Below, one piece after another: positions 9,734 through 20,027 of a stretch of DNA of 64,000 nucleotides. A model generated the notes under the pieces. That model searched no databases, was not told the origin of the DNA, and worked only from the letters and a program-made list of their open reading frames with translations. The stretch is taken from the IMG/VR virus record IMGVR_UViG_3300033388_004609, positions 22,349 through 86,348 of that record. The stretch is one strand, 5' to 3'. This stretch comes from a virus. The first letter of the stretch is position 1, and the number at the start of each line of letters is the position of its first letter. The position numbers were made by a program, and so were the translations under genes.

Positions 9734-10300
9734 TTATTTTGATTTTTGAAACACCATTATTGTATTGGCAAACCAGGACAATGTACTATGAGTTCTTAAA
9801 AATAATGTAGTAGTGTTATCGTAGTTGAATTTATTATCGACCATTTTACTTATAATATAATCGTTATTTCTATTATTCACATGACCAAATCCGCCTTGTC
9901 CTTCTTTTGCCCAACTTAAAATAACTCTATCTCTTGCTGAATTAATAATATTTTCTAAAAATACCGATTCATACTCTTCCGGTATATGCTCTCCAACCTC
10001 TAAACATAATACAAGATCATGTTTACCAAGATCAGTTGGAATTGTAAAATCCTGAACAAAACATGTATTACCGGATAATTCTTTCGTATAAGGATTACCA
10101 TCGTAACCATAACAAACAAACCCATTGTTATTGAGATAATTGGTATAATCTCCGTTGCCACAACCAATATCAATGATTGTAAGGGGTTGCCAATTATTTA
10201 ATAGTAGTATAATTGCTTTACATAATATTTCATCAAATGCATGCTCTGAATTATCATTCATAAGCCAATACCCTTTTTTATGTATTTTATTTACTTCCAT
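9734..10300 (-). CDS. Class I SAM-dependent methyltransferase
   Basis: IIDIGCGNG, DLVLCLEVGEHIP, SWA..GQGG.GHVN. Confidence 0.85.
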   Translation of the reverse strand: MEVNKIHKKGYWLMNDNSEHAFDEILCKAIILLLNNWQPLTIIDIGCGNGDYTNYLNNNGFVCYGYDGNPYTKELSGNTCFVQDFTIPTDLGKHDLVLCLEVGEHIPEEYESVFLENIINSARDRVILSWAKEGQGGFGHVNNRNNDYIISKMVDNKFNYDNTTTLFLRTHSTLSWFANTIMVFQKSK

Positions 10301-11544
10301 ACTTCCAATGCTTTTTTATTATAATTATCTATATCTTTTGAAACCTCGTTTCTCAGTATATTATAATTATTCTTAGCAATTCGTGGACAAAAATAATTAT
10401 ATGGACTTTGATGTGAGAACATAGCCAACTCATAGGTTTTCCCAATTAATCCATATTCTTGACAAGTATCGTATAGTGCAGTACCTTTATATGGAGTAAA
10501 GAAACTTAACGTAATCCTGAACGGTTCAAGACTCTTAATAAATTTTATAGTGTTTAATATTGTTAATTCCGTGTCATGAGGAAATCCGATAATACAATAT
10601 GCCTTCCATTGAATCTCATGCTTATTAAGTAATTCAGCAGCTATCCGGAATTGCTCAACTGTTTCTCCTTTACTTATTGTTTTTAATATATCACTATTTG
10701 AACTCTCAACACCTATACTCATTTGTCCACAATTAGCATCTTTCATCATTACTATCTTTTCTTCAGTAAGTATATCGGCCCGGGTATCACATCTCCACTT
10801 TACCGGTAAATCATAATTTGCACAAAATTCCTGTAATCTTTTTCCGTTTAGAGTAAATACTTCATCCCAAAAGGTAAAGTAATCTGTTTTGAATCTTTTA
10901 TAAATATAAGTCATTTCCGATAATAACCTAGGAACAGATTTGTATGTTACACGTCTTTTCCACATTACCTTTGATGCACAAAAGGCACAATTGAACGGAC
11001 AACCTCTTGAAGACAATAAATGTCCATAACCATTAGGAGAATATTTATCTAATAATATATCATAATCAGCAAATGGAAGATTATCCAAATGTGATATCCG
11101 CCCTCCATTCGATTCATATTCTCCTTTGAATACTTCTACATCTTTAGGATATGCATCTATCTCTGCCATTGGATGATTACCACCTACAATAACATCTATA
11201 CCATATTGTTTGGCAATTTTAATTATCATCAGTGCAGACCGATACTTAACATTCAAAACGTTAATACCTATCTGATCGGGTTGGATATCTTTTATTAAAG
11301 TATGGAGTTCCTGCCAAATAGGATGTTCTTCGTTATCAACATTGTCAATATACCGATCATAATCATCAGATCTTCCGGCATAACCTTTATAATTTGTACC
11401 AGGACCAATCTCCATATTTTTTAAATAAACTTCCTTGCCTTGCTTCTTCATGAAGGATCCTACAGCAAGTAATGATAATGGTACATAATCTTGTTCAAGA
11501 CCTATAAATCTATAGAATGGAGGATTGATTAATAATACTTTCAA
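10291..11544 (-). CDS. B12-binding domain radical SAM protein
   Basis: MKVLLINPP...PLSLL, VGGNHP, SRGCPFNCAFC, GVES, IIGFP. Confidence 0.88.
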   Translation of the reverse strand: MKVLLINPPFYRFIGLEQDYVPLSLLAVGSFMKKQGKEVYLKNMEIGPGTNYKGYAGRSDDYDRYIDNVDNEEHPIWQELHTLIKDIQPDQIGINVLNVKYRSALMIIKIAKQYGIDVIVGGNHPMAEIDAYPKDVEVFKGEYESNGGRISHLDNLPFADYDILLDKYSPNGYGHLLSSRGCPFNCAFCASKVMWKRRVTYKSVPRLLSEMTYIYKRFKTDYFTFWDEVFTLNGKRLQEFCANYDLPVKWRCDTRADILTEEKIVMMKDANCGQMSIGVESSNSDILKTISKGETVEQFRIAAELLNKHEIQWKAYCIIGFPHDTELTILNTIKFIKSLEPFRITLSFFTPYKGTALYDTCQEYGLIGKTYELAMFSHQSPYNYFCPRIAKNNYNILRNEVSKDIDNYNKKALEVWK

Positions 11545-12212
11545 ATTATCTTTTGTTTGAATTGTTTAACATAATCCCTGTGTCCGTGTTGTATATCACT
11601 ATAATCTGCTTTTTGCCATACTAGCGGTGGATTAAATGCAAATGCCTGGCATTCTTTCTGCATTGTACATAAAAATCCATCTGCCGAATTTGTTAAGTAT
11701 GGCCTATCGCTTGTCATTCTCTTTAGTACTCTCGAAAAGATTCTGTTATGCAAAGCATATGCATGCGTTGACATCATATCAAAAACTTTTATAATATGAT
11801 CATTGTTGTCATTTATACTTACTGGCCTTATGCCATTCATGTTATACAATCCTCCAAGATAAAGCATGTCCCAATAATAAGGAACTTCTTTTATTCTATC
11901 TTCAAATACCATATTAAAAAAATCAATGAATTCACAATCATCCTCAAGTATTAATATAGATTCATATTTTTTATGTATTGCTTCCTTAATGATTGTTATT
12001 TGTGTTGATGTACCCCCAGCCACTCCATCAAACCCTCTCATTGGATGAGGGTATTTGTCTCTCATCCAGCCCCACTCATTACCTTCTATACCTCTGAATA
12101 CCTTTGCTTTTATACCAAGATTCCTGAATGTCTTTTTCATAGCAAGAAATCTATCCCTTCTTCTTTTAAGGTTTATACAATATATCTTATCAAAGTACCT
12201 GTTCAGTGTCAT
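11541..12212 (-). CDS. Glycosyltransferase family 25
   Basis: IYCINL.RRRDR, ILILEDD, WDMLYLG, THAYAL. Confidence 0.82.
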   Translation of the reverse strand: MTLNRYFDKIYCINLKRRRDRFLAMKKTFRNLGIKAKVFRGIEGNEWGWMRDKYPHPMRGFDGVAGGTSTQITIIKEAIHKKYESILILEDDCEFIDFFNMVFEDRIKEVPYYWDMLYLGGLYNMNGIRPVSINDNNDHIIKVFDMMSTHAYALHNRIFSRVLKRMTSDRPYLTNSADGFLCTMQKECQAFAFNPPLVWQKADYSDIQHGHRDYVKQFKQKII

Positions 12213-12660
12213 TTTGTAATCCTATTTGTTTTAAGATTATTTTCAACTCAGAAAGGTTTTTAATTGTTCCAGAAAATTGAATATAGTTAACATAGTCATC
12301 TTTTATTTCAACAAATATATTATCTCCATTTCTGACATAACGCAATCTATAATTCCCTTTTTTAAAAACCAAGTCAGGCTTACCTGAGCCTTTACCAGTT
12401 ATAGCTTCGGCATAAAAGCCCCATCCCAAACTTTCAATATCTTTTTTATCCAGATATTTAACACGAATCATTCCGAGATTATTATCGAGATTATATTTAA
12501 TGAAATCAAGAGTATAAGGTTCTGACTTACCATATACTTGTTTAAACCATTCTTTAGGAGGACGTATTGCTAATGTTCCTGCAACAATATCGTTGTTTAC
12601 TTCAAATTCAAATCCTGCATAGAATTCTGAAATTATTGGTGTATAGTATTTGTTTTTCAT
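12190..12660 (-). CDS. Hypothetical protein
   Basis: Tightly packed ORF; YYTP.ISEF..GFEFE start recalled from Bacteroidota phages. Confidence 0.6.
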   Translation of the reverse strand: MKNKYYTPIISEFYAGFEFEVNNDIVAGTLAIRPPKEWFKQVYGKSEPYTLDFIKYNLDNNLGMIRVKYLDKKDIESLGWGFYAEAITGKGSGKPDLVFKKGNYRLRYVRNGDNIFVEIKDDYVNYIQFSGTIKNLSELKIILKQIGLQNDTEQVL

Positions 12661-12778
12661 AATAATTAATTATTTGAGAATTTTAATTTACAAATAAATT
12701 TTTTCCCTTTAGCCACAGCATTCGATATCAATTTCAATCTAAATGCTTTTAGCATTTTTCTTAATGACAACTCTATCT

Positions 12779-13000
12779 TCATTTCAACTTTGTTATATCA
12801 ATATTATTATCTGCCAACTTTTTGAACAGTCTAGCATTTTCAAGTATATTAAAAAACAATTCAATTATAGCCAGAACAAGAATCATACTGAGGTTTCTTC
12901 CGGTATCCAGATATACTATAAATGCTGATATAAACGTTACTAACATCATTAAACTCACTGATTGAGATAGTATGTAGCGATACAATTTATATTTTTTCAT
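12779..13000 (-). CDS. Small membrane protein
   Basis: Two hydrophobic segments. Confidence 0.5.
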   Translation of the reverse strand: MKKYKLYRYILSQSVSLMMLVTFISAFIVYLDTGRNLSMILVLAIIELFFNILENARLFKKLADNNIDITKLK

Positions 13001-13002
13001 TA

Positions 13003-13344
13003 TTAGTTTTTTATTATTGAGTAAATTTTATCAACAAGCCATTCAAGTAAATAACATTCAGTTTCATCATTTTCTATATCAAGTTCAACCCCTCTTTCTC
13101 TAAAAATAATATTTACCATATGTTTGCATTCATGTGCAATACATCCTATTTTGATTTTCATATCATTCCTAAAGAATAATGTGAATTTATTTGCTTCACT
13201 ATTCCATAGAGCTCTTCCAGATGTCATTTCGTAAAGTTTACCAAACCCATACTGAATATTTATTTCATTTAATTCATCATAATTACCGTAATAAACTATT
13301 ATCTGTACACAATATAAAGGTACTTTTACTACTCTCTTCTTCAT
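13003..13344 (-). CDS. Zincin-like HExxH phage protein
   Basis: IAHECKH...ENDETECYLL; start reassigned to ATG 13344 (MKKRVVKV). Confidence 0.5.
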   Translation of the reverse strand: MKKRVVKVPLYCVQIIVYYGNYDELNEINIQYGFGKLYEMTSGRALWNSEANKFTLFFRNDMKIKIGCIAHECKHMVNIIFRERGVELDIENDETECYLLEWLVDKIYSIIKN

Positions 13345-13496
13345 ACTACTTAGTTCTAATTGATTCATCAGGTGAAGTTGCAAAGTCCGGACGGTCAGTA
13401 TTATTCATACTGAATATCATTACTAACCATATCAAAGCAATTATTATTGCTATTATAAAACATCCTATATTCTTTGTTTTTTCTTTCATTATACTA

Positions 13497-13817
13497 TTAG
13501 TGATAACCATGTTTTAAAAAATAGTTACGACAAAGTTCTATTGTTATATTCTTTCTATCGATTTTTATAAAATCATTATTTATCATGTAACTCAAATTAT
13601 GTTCTATGTTAAGTCTGCTTAATATTCTATCAAGTAAACACATATTCGCTTCACGTGATTCCGGATGAGAATGATTGCTATGATCTCTTACTTTAACAAT
13701 ATATCCTGAAAACAACCAATCTATTGCAGCATTTATTTGTCTTGTCGAGTTTCCATGACTTCTTCCTGTTATTTCTAAAACTCCAATTCTTGTATCTTTC
13801 GTTATTTTTTGTTTCAT
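13497..13817 (-). CDS. Hypothetical protein
   Basis: Operon-packed ORF. Confidence 0.5.
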   Translation of the reverse strand: MKQKITKDTRIGVLEITGRSHGNSTRQINAAIDWLFSGYIVKVRDHSNHSHPESREANMCLLDRILSRLNIEHNLSYMINNDFIKIDRKNITIELCRNYFLKHGYH

Positions 13818-14026
13818 TAATTATTTGTCTTTTTTTCTAAACTAGTATAACTCATACAATTATTACACCATATATCTTGATGTGTTTCTCCGTCTGGATA
13901 ACCATCGCAATTAGAAGAAGTTATTTCACCTGTTTTGAGATTTTTCCAAACTAATATTCTAACATCATCACTATTGCATTTAACACATCTCCAACTAATA
14001 TTCTTAATCATTATTTTTTCTTTCAC
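13817..14026 (-). CDS. Zn-ribbon protein
   Basis: CVKC...WCNNC. Confidence 0.55.
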   Translation of the reverse strand: MKEKIMIKNISWRCVKCNSDDVRILVWKNLKTGEITSSNCDGYPDGETHQDIWCNNCMSYTSLEKKTNN

Positions 14027-14557
14027 AATTGTTTCATTTTTATATGATTTAGTAATTTAAATTTGAATCCAAAAAATTGTAATATTTTTCTCCACAAATT
14101 AAACTTATACACTTTAATTACTTTATACTTTATATAATCTGCATTAGTTATTACATCTCCCTTTTTAGTCCAATTTGGTGTTATGCGTATTTTTACAATA
14201 TTTCTTCTCATTATTTAATTCATTATTATATTAAATACTAAAGGTTTCTCATTCACCTTTTGTATACGAAGCAGGTATACTACTCCCTGGTCCCAGGTAT
14301 ACAGTCTACCTCGGATATGCTCTTGTATAAGAGTTCTCGGTTTTGTATGTAGTTTAAATTTCTGCATACAGTCATCACTTTTATTGATTCGGACATATAT
14401 TTAATTTACACTAAATGTTAAAACTCTCAGTTTCTTTTTTGTTTCCAAAGGATATCCACTATAACATATTATTCCGGCTTGCCATGTTGAATATAATTTC
14501 ATATTCTTAAATCCTTTTACCTCAATCCTTCCATCTTCAATAGTAAATGGTTCATCT

Positions 14558-14785
14558 CTACCCGGCATCTGGTATTTCTTTCTTTTCATTTCTAAATCCC
14601 TGTTTTCCTTTTATTATTGTTTTTGTTTTGAATAATAAATGTTTTGAATTATTATAAAATGTTTTTTTGTTACGCAACCAATTAGATAACGTGTGATAAC
14701 TAATTCCACTAAAATCTGCAACACTTTTCAAATTTGTTGCCACAATTCCCTTCTTCTTTATTTTATCAAAATATCCAAATGCCAT
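14558..14785 (-). CDS. Small HTH protein
   Basis: LKSVADFSGISYHTLSNWL; preceded by TATATTTG promoter at 14812-14819. Confidence 0.55.
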   Translation of the reverse strand: MAFGYFDKIKKKGIVATNLKSVADFSGISYHTLSNWLRNKKTFYNNSKHLLFKTKTIIKGKQGFRNEKKEIPDAG

Positions 14786-14850
14786 GTTGCTTTTTCTTTA
14801 ATCTGTCGGTACAAATATAAACTAATAATTTAAAATAACAAACTAGCACT

Positions 14851-15645
14851 CTAAGAGTTTGTTAATTTCCTTAATTCCTTGTCGATTATCATATGAATAA
14901 ATCGCCTTCCTTTTTCTGTCCATCGTGAATCAATAGAGGTATATATTACATTATCTTTCTCGAATGTTGTTGTCCTAGTTAATGTGTAATCTCTATTTTG
15001 GTAAAGTGCAAATAACACCCAATGTTTATCTCTTTTATAGATTATTCTCTTTTCATTAAGAATTCTATTCAACTTTATTGCACTCATCCCAAGTTCTTTA
15101 GCTATCGTAGTAGCAGTATAACCTGTCTTGCTTTGTAGTACCTTATCATGGTATACAACCTTTGGGTGGTATTCATAGATAGCATACTTTTGTTTGGCTA
15201 TAATGGACTTACTTTTATCTACAGTGCTCTCTAATGCTCTTATACGGTCTGAGAGGATACTCATGGCCCGGTTCAGTATATAGTCATCATTCTTTAGTAA
15301 TGCTTCACGCTTATTGAATTCTTTAATAAACATCTCTTTAAAACCACTTGCTTTCTTGCCGGTAAAACCCATTCCTAAAAAACTAAACCCGTCTCTAGTT
15401 ATTTCATATGCTGGCATCTTTTTATTTTGAGAACTAGTATAAGAGGATAAGCCAAAATTGCGTTCTCTAAATTCCTTACTACAAGTTAGTCCACCAATAT
15501 CTCGTAACACATCTCTATGGTTTTTTCCAAAGATTTTTGCAATAATAAGAGAAGTAGTAACATCTTTTCCTTTATCATTCCTAGATACTAATTGAATTAC
15601 ATTTTTCTGAATTACTTCTTTACTAAATAAGTCTGGTTCACTCAT
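14851..15645 (-). CDS. Rha-family / KilAC(ANT) antirepressor-like protein
   Basis: TTSL.IA..FGK.H.DVLRDI...TRDGF.FL.MGFTGKKA (Rha); T.IAKELGMSA.KLN...W...WTEKGR.FI (ANT/KilAC). Confidence 0.88.
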   Translation of the reverse strand: MSEPDLFSKEVIQKNVIQLVSRNDKGKDVTTSLIIAKIFGKNHRDVLRDIGGLTCSKEFRERNFGLSSYTSSQNKKMPAYEITRDGFSFLGMGFTGKKASGFKEMFIKEFNKREALLKNDDYILNRAMSILSDRIRALESTVDKSKSIIAKQKYAIYEYHPKVVYHDKVLQSKTGYTATTIAKELGMSAIKLNRILNEKRIIYKRDKHWVLFALYQNRDYTLTRTTTFEKDNVIYTSIDSRWTEKGRRFIHMIIDKELRKLTNS

Positions 15646-16100
15646 TTTGTTTTCTCCTTTATAATTTCCAATGGTGTTCTTTTATCATTTATTCCTAATT
15701 CTGCAGTCCCATCCAGTATTCCTTGTAAATCCAAATATCCTCTACCCAATGCTAAGACAGCTAATAATTGCCGGATAATAAAATCAATAAACTGGTCTTC
15801 TTCAATTTTGAGTTTTCTTTTTTCTTTTTTTTCATTTACAAAAGTACTTTCATTTGTCAAACGAAGATATAGTTTCTGAATTGTTGGGAAAGTACCATTC
15901 TCTGATTTGTAAAAAAAATGAGATATATATTCTAAATATATCGTTTTGTGATTCTCGTATTTTATCTTACGTTTAAAATACAATCCTTCGTATTTAAGAA
16001 TAAATAGTTTCTTCGTTTTATTGGACATCTCGGAACGAAAGATCAATCCATCAATCAAACTATTAATATAATTAATTGTTTTTACGTTATCAAATTTCAT
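15642..16100 (-). CDS. Hypothetical protein
   Basis: Overlapping stop/start with neighbouring ORF. Confidence 0.5.
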   Translation of the reverse strand: MKFDNVKTINYINSLIDGLIFRSEMSNKTKKLFILKYEGLYFKRKIKYENHKTIYLEYISHFFYKSENGTFPTIQKLYLRLTNESTFVNEKKEKRKLKIEEDQFIDFIIRQLLAVLALGRGYLDLQGILDGTAELGINDKRTPLEIIKEKTK

Positions 16101-16102
16101 AA

Positions 16103-16369
16103 TTAATCCTCCTGTTTATTAAATAATTTCTCCATGTATTCTTTTGTGCCAACAGAGATACCTCTTACTAATTCCTTGTCTTTCTCAATAGCTATCCCCC
16201 ATCCCATCTCTAATGAAGCCAAGCTGATTAATATTAGAGGGTGTATTTCTTTGCCTTTTTTAAATTTCAATTCTTTGTAATTAATTAAAGAACTCTCAAG
16301 CATTTTCTTTAATGTTTCTTCTGGTGTTAATTGTGATGTGATATAATCATATAATTCATCAAGTGTCAT
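16103..16369 (-). CDS. Hypothetical protein
   Basis: Operon-packed ORF. Confidence 0.55.
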   Translation of the reverse strand: MTLDELYDYITSQLTPEETLKKMLESSLINYKELKFKKGKEIHPLILISLASLEMGWGIAIEKDKELVRGISVGTKEYMEKLFNKQED

Positions 16370-16415
16370 GTTTCTTTATTAAATAACAAAATTACATTCG
16401 ATATGTTTATTAATT

Positions 16416-16730
16416 TTATTTACATCTCCCATACAACTCAATACCTTTAAAAGCATCGTTACCTGTATCCTCTTTAGTTAATACTTCCACTCTATAGCCA
16501 TTAACCATAACAACTGTAAAAAGAGCAGATACATTTATGATTTTATCCGGAACAGAGAAGTACTTTATTTCTGCTTTAAACATCATTTTATGAATTGGAT
16601 CACAAATAATAAATTCCGGAACAAGGCCCGAATCTATAATTTTATAAAACGATTCTTCAATACTATTACATATGATTGTTCTCCCACTATTAACTTGTTT
16701 ATCGTATTTTTTTATATCTGTGATTATCAT
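16416..16730 (-). CDS. Hypothetical protein
   Basis: Operon-packed ORF. Confidence 0.5.
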   Translation of the reverse strand: MIITDIKKYDKQVNSGRTIICNSIEESFYKIIDSGLVPEFIICDPIHKMMFKAEIKYFSVPDKIINVSALFTVVMVNGYRVEVLTKEDTGNDAFKGIELYGRCK

Positions 16731-16741
16731 AATATTAATTA

Positions 16742-17080
16742 TTAAATATATTCAAACTCAATTCTATTCACCAATGTATTAAACGCGCACTTCATATTCT
16801 TCATAAACATTTCAATAAAGTCCTGTCTGCTATAATCCGAGAATCCTTCTTTGACAACATCCTCTTGTGTAATCTTGTATAACCTTTCTTGTCGCACATC
16901 AATAATTCTTATCTGGCAAATCTTCTCAATTTTACCTCCTTTCCCTAATCCCTGGCATTTTACACAGGCATTAAGAACGTCACCCACTTTAAGAAATCTC
17001 CATCCTAATCTGCGGGTAACAGTCTTTGTACTATCTCTAACCTGTTGTGTAGTCAGAAAGAAACTTATATTGCGTGGCAT
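16742..17080 (-). CDS. ASCH domain protein
   Basis: KTVTRRLGW..LKVGD...I...DV.KEGF......F...F......VNRIEFEY. Confidence 0.8.
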   Translation of the reverse strand: MPRNISFFLTTQQVRDSTKTVTRRLGWRFLKVGDVLNACVKCQGLGKGGKIEKICQIRIIDVRQERLYKITQEDVVKEGFSDYSRQDFIEMFMKNMKCAFNTLVNRIEFEYI

Positions 17081-17084
17081 AATT

Positions 17085-17495
17085 TTACTCTTTTGTCATT
17101 ATTGCTCTTAATTGCAAGATCTTCTCATATTCTTTTGGAAAAGTCTTTTGTCGCCACTTTTCTCTTTTAGCTTCATATTCAGAATATCCATCCAGATCAA
17201 ATTCCGCATATTTTAATTGTGGGTTTGTACTGAATATCCCATCTAATGAGAAGTGTGTATAATTAGGCCAACCACCATTGATTAATTTATGTACACCTAT
17301 CCCAAAATGATTAGCAATCATAAATACTCGTTCTTTCTTATATGTAATCTGAATTGCCGGAATACAAGCTTTGTCACCATATTGCAAAAAGCATTCGTAA
17401 TTGTACCAATAAATAGGTTTTTCTTTATTTCTTTTTACAATACAATTTCCAAATTTGACCTTTATATTCTCTCCTTGCCATTGATACTTTCCCAT
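17085..17495 (-). CDS. Hypothetical protein
   Basis: Operon-packed ORF. Confidence 0.55.
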   Translation of the reverse strand: MGKYQWQGENIKVKFGNCIVKRNKEKPIYWYNYECFLQYGDKACIPAIQITYKKERVFMIANHFGIGVHKLINGGWPNYTHFSLDGIFSTNPQLKYAEFDLDGYSEYEAKREKWRQKTFPKEYEKILQLRAIMTKE

Positions 17496-17500
17496 ATCAC

Positions 17501-18118
17501 TTACACAATTGGTTGATTGCTTTCCTCTCCTTCATTACCATCTGGTTCTTTATCAGCATACTGCCTTTCATTTGTATTAGCATCATCGAGATCACTGTCT
17601 TTTACATCATCCGGAATATCAACTTTTTCAAGATCAGGTTTTTCTTCTTGTTTGATTACTTGTTCATCAATCTCATCAGGATCTTCAAAGTCAAGTGTAG
17701 CTTGCTTAATCATTTTCCCTTCGAAGAGATACTTGCCAGCTTCGTTTACAACGATATCTACAACAGTCTGCAGATCACTCTCGAATCCATAAGCATCCTT
17801 AGACAAGTCGATAGCATCTGAATTAATTGCCAGTTTCTTCTCTGATGGTGCAGTTAGTATACCTTTTAATACTACAATAGTATCTGACTTGATCGCGAAC
17901 CCTGTTGAGATTACATTAGAGGCTTTCTCTTGTGGTACCAGGTGTACCTTTGCAAGATACTCATTAAAGCTCTGTATAGCGTTAATAAGGTCCGGGTGGG
18001 GTGAATTTTTCTTATCCTCGATGTTAACATTACGATCTGTTTTCATATCGTAATAACTAATCTCGATACCTGCTTTGAGGATCTTTACTGATAAAATACT
18101 GTAATTTTTCTTGTTCAT
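17501..18118 (-). CDS. Hypothetical protein with acidic tail
   Basis: PHPDL motif; D/E-rich C-terminus. Confidence 0.6.
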   Translation of the reverse strand: MNKKNYSILSVKILKAGIEISYYDMKTDRNVNIEDKKNSPHPDLINAIQSFNEYLAKVHLVPQEKASNVISTGFAIKSDTIVVLKGILTAPSEKKLAINSDAIDLSKDAYGFESDLQTVVDIVVNEAGKYLFEGKMIKQATLDFEDPDEIDEQVIKQEEKPDLEKVDIPDDVKDSDLDDANTNERQYADKEPDGNEGEESNQPIV

Positions 18119-18140
18119 AATAAATTGTTTTAAATTATAA

Positions 18141-18734
18141 TTAGTACCATTTTTCTTTAAACTCTTTTCTTATTTGCTCCATTACATTACCACCGGCATA
18201 CTTAGCAGTTTTTTCATTATGAATGACATAAGCACTACAACCAAGTGTCGGGGACATCATCTTAAAACTACAACAGGCTATAACATTTGTTTCTTTAATT
18301 ATGAATTCTTCTTTGTTTAACATAAAATGTTTTTCTTGTAGCTTATCACACATCTTAAGATAATGACTATATTTAATTGCAATCTTCTCTAGATCTTCTT
18401 TAGTTATATGTTTGTTAATACTAGACCAATCCGGATGCTTATCAATAAATTGGGTTGTTCTCCTCCATTCTTCATATATTTTCTCTCTATCATATGCTAA
18501 TCTTACACGCTCATATTCCCGGTAATGTTTTTTATCTTCCACTTCCTGCTGGTGTCTTAATAGTGGGGTATCTTCTTCAAACGAAACGCGTTCTCCATTA
18601 ACAATATAATTTTCGTCATCAATCTTTATGAGATCGTTTTTACTTTTCCAGGGGTTTCCCTTTTGGGTTCCTTTCTTATTGTATAAAAACCATACAAATA
18701 AGAATGTAAAAATTATTACTATTCCATATTCCAT
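18141..18734 (-). CDS. Membrane-anchored hypothetical protein
   Basis: N-terminal TM helix. Confidence 0.55.
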   Translation of the reverse strand: MEYGIVIIFTFLFVWFLYNKKGTQKGNPWKSKNDLIKIDDENYIVNGERVSFEEDTPLLRHQQEVEDKKHYREYERVRLAYDREKIYEEWRRTTQFIDKHPDWSSINKHITKEDLEKIAIKYSHYLKMCDKLQEKHFMLNKEEFIIKETNVIACCSFKMMSPTLGCSAYVIHNEKTAKYAGGNVMEQIRKEFKEKWY

Positions 18735-19046
18735 ATTATTTTCCTTTCATAATATCCCATTGATATAATTCATTTATCTCATTCTCTTCTGAAGGAGTAA
18801 GTAGTTTTGAAATTTCGCTGATAAATTCCTTATCTAATTCTTGTTGCTTGAAATACATATAGGCTGCACTTGCAATATCTATCCCATAATCAGGGATTAA
18901 TTCAAGGAATTCTTTTACTTCTTTTTCTGCTTTATTCATTACATAGTTTGTTAAATAAGACATACTAGCATTCGATAACTTTGTCAAAGATAACAAACTT
19001 TAATTAGAAACCAAATAAAAAGACAAACATACCGAGCGGCAGTTTG

Positions 19047-19481
19047 TTATTCGTACATGAATCGTACTTCATATCCGTCCACAAAACCAATATTTCTTGG
19101 CTTAAGATCATACGGACTATCTAATCCATATTGGCAATGAAACCCAATTACCTTTTTACCTTTCATCTTCATCATAATATTATAATCCGCAGGTTTACAC
19201 CAGATCAATTGATTATCATCATCTATATATTCATATACCTTACGGAATTCTAACTCCTTACCGCCAACAGTAAACGTAGTAGTTTTACATGATCCGAGAT
19301 TCCCTATCTCTAAAAAATCTAACATAGAATATAAATGATTCGATACATGATGCTTTAAAGAATCTGCATCGACAAGGAACCATCTTATCCTCCCTTTTGT
19401 ATCTGCCGGGAATAATACCGGTACGGTCATTGCTATCGCTACAGTAGTTATACCGGCCTTAATAAATTTTCTTCTGTCCAT
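19047..19481 (-). CDS. Protein with twin-arginine (Tat)-like signal peptide
   Basis: MDRRKFIKAGITTVAIAMTVPVLFPA. Confidence 0.55.
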   Translation of the reverse strand: MDRRKFIKAGITTVAIAMTVPVLFPADTKGRIRWFLVDADSLKHHVSNHLYSMLDFLEIGNLGSCKTTTFTVGGKELEFRKVYEYIDDDNQLIWCKPADYNIMMKMKGKKVIGFHCQYGLDSPYDLKPRNIGFVDGYEVRFMYE

Positions 19482-19709
19482 AACAATCTTTATTTTAAAT
19501 TAATAATAGTATATCCATCCCGCATACTTTTATATAATCCAAAAAACATCCAGAAGCGATGCCACCTGGTTATTTTCCTATACGGATCAGAACCAATACT
19601 ATACCGACCTGGTTTAGGTGCAACAAAATTAAATCTCCTGCGATTATTCTCACCACGCAACAAATCCTCTTTGTAATTCTTCGGTGTCTCTAGTTTTTTA
19701 TTCATACCA

Positions 19710-19739
19710 CAAATATATAACAATATTCCAAATTAACAA
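19710..19739 (-). promoter_or_regulatory. Bacteroidota sigma-A promoter for the leftward operon
   Basis: TTG-19 nt-TATATTTG; ATG (MNKKLETP) at 19705, almost leaderless. Confidence 0.6.
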
Positions 19740-19774
19740 ATTTACAAGGTGCTAGTTTGTCTTTTATAAAATAA

Positions 19775-19804
19775 TTGCTTGTATCAAATATTTTATTATA
19801 TTTG
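19775..19804 (+). promoter_or_regulatory. Bacteroidota sigma-A promoter of the leader/tRNA operon
   Basis: TTG (19775-77), 19 nt, TATATTTG (19797-19804). Confidence 0.7.
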
Positions 19805-19811
19805 TACCGAT

Positions 19812-19892
19812 ATGAAAAAGAAACTACATACTCTCGTTTTATTACAGCCCCATTTGCCACGTGGCCATAATAAGGAGAGGTATATGTTTTAA
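19812..19892 (+). CDS. Attenuator leader peptide, 26 aa (MKKKLHTLVLLQPHLPRGHNKERYMF)
   Basis: Read directly from the sequence; 12 of codons 5-19 are Leu/His/Gln/Pro/Arg codons read by the downstream tRNAs. Confidence 0.8.
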   Translation: MKKKLHTLVLLQPHLPRGHNKERYMF

Positions 19893-19919
19893 ACAATATA
19901 AGATATTAATCAATTAATG

Positions 19920-19951
19920 TGCCTCTGAATATTCAGGGGCATTTTTATTTT
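19920..19951 (+). terminator. Attenuator terminator (3:4 hairpin) just before tRNA-Pro
   Basis: TGCCTCTGA-ATAT-TCAGGGGCA followed by TTTTTATTTT. Confidence 0.8.
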
Positions 19952-19952
19952 A

Positions 19953-20025
19953 CGGGAGTCTGGTGTAATCAGGTAGCATACCTGCCTTGGAAGCAGGAGG
20001 CGCAGTTCAAATCTGAGGTTCCCGA
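19953..20025 (+). tRNA. tRNA-Pro(UGG)
   Basis: Anticodon arm CCTGC-CTTGGAA-GCAGG, T-loop TTCAAAT, C1-G72 and A73. Confidence 0.85.
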
Positions 20026-20027
20026 CT

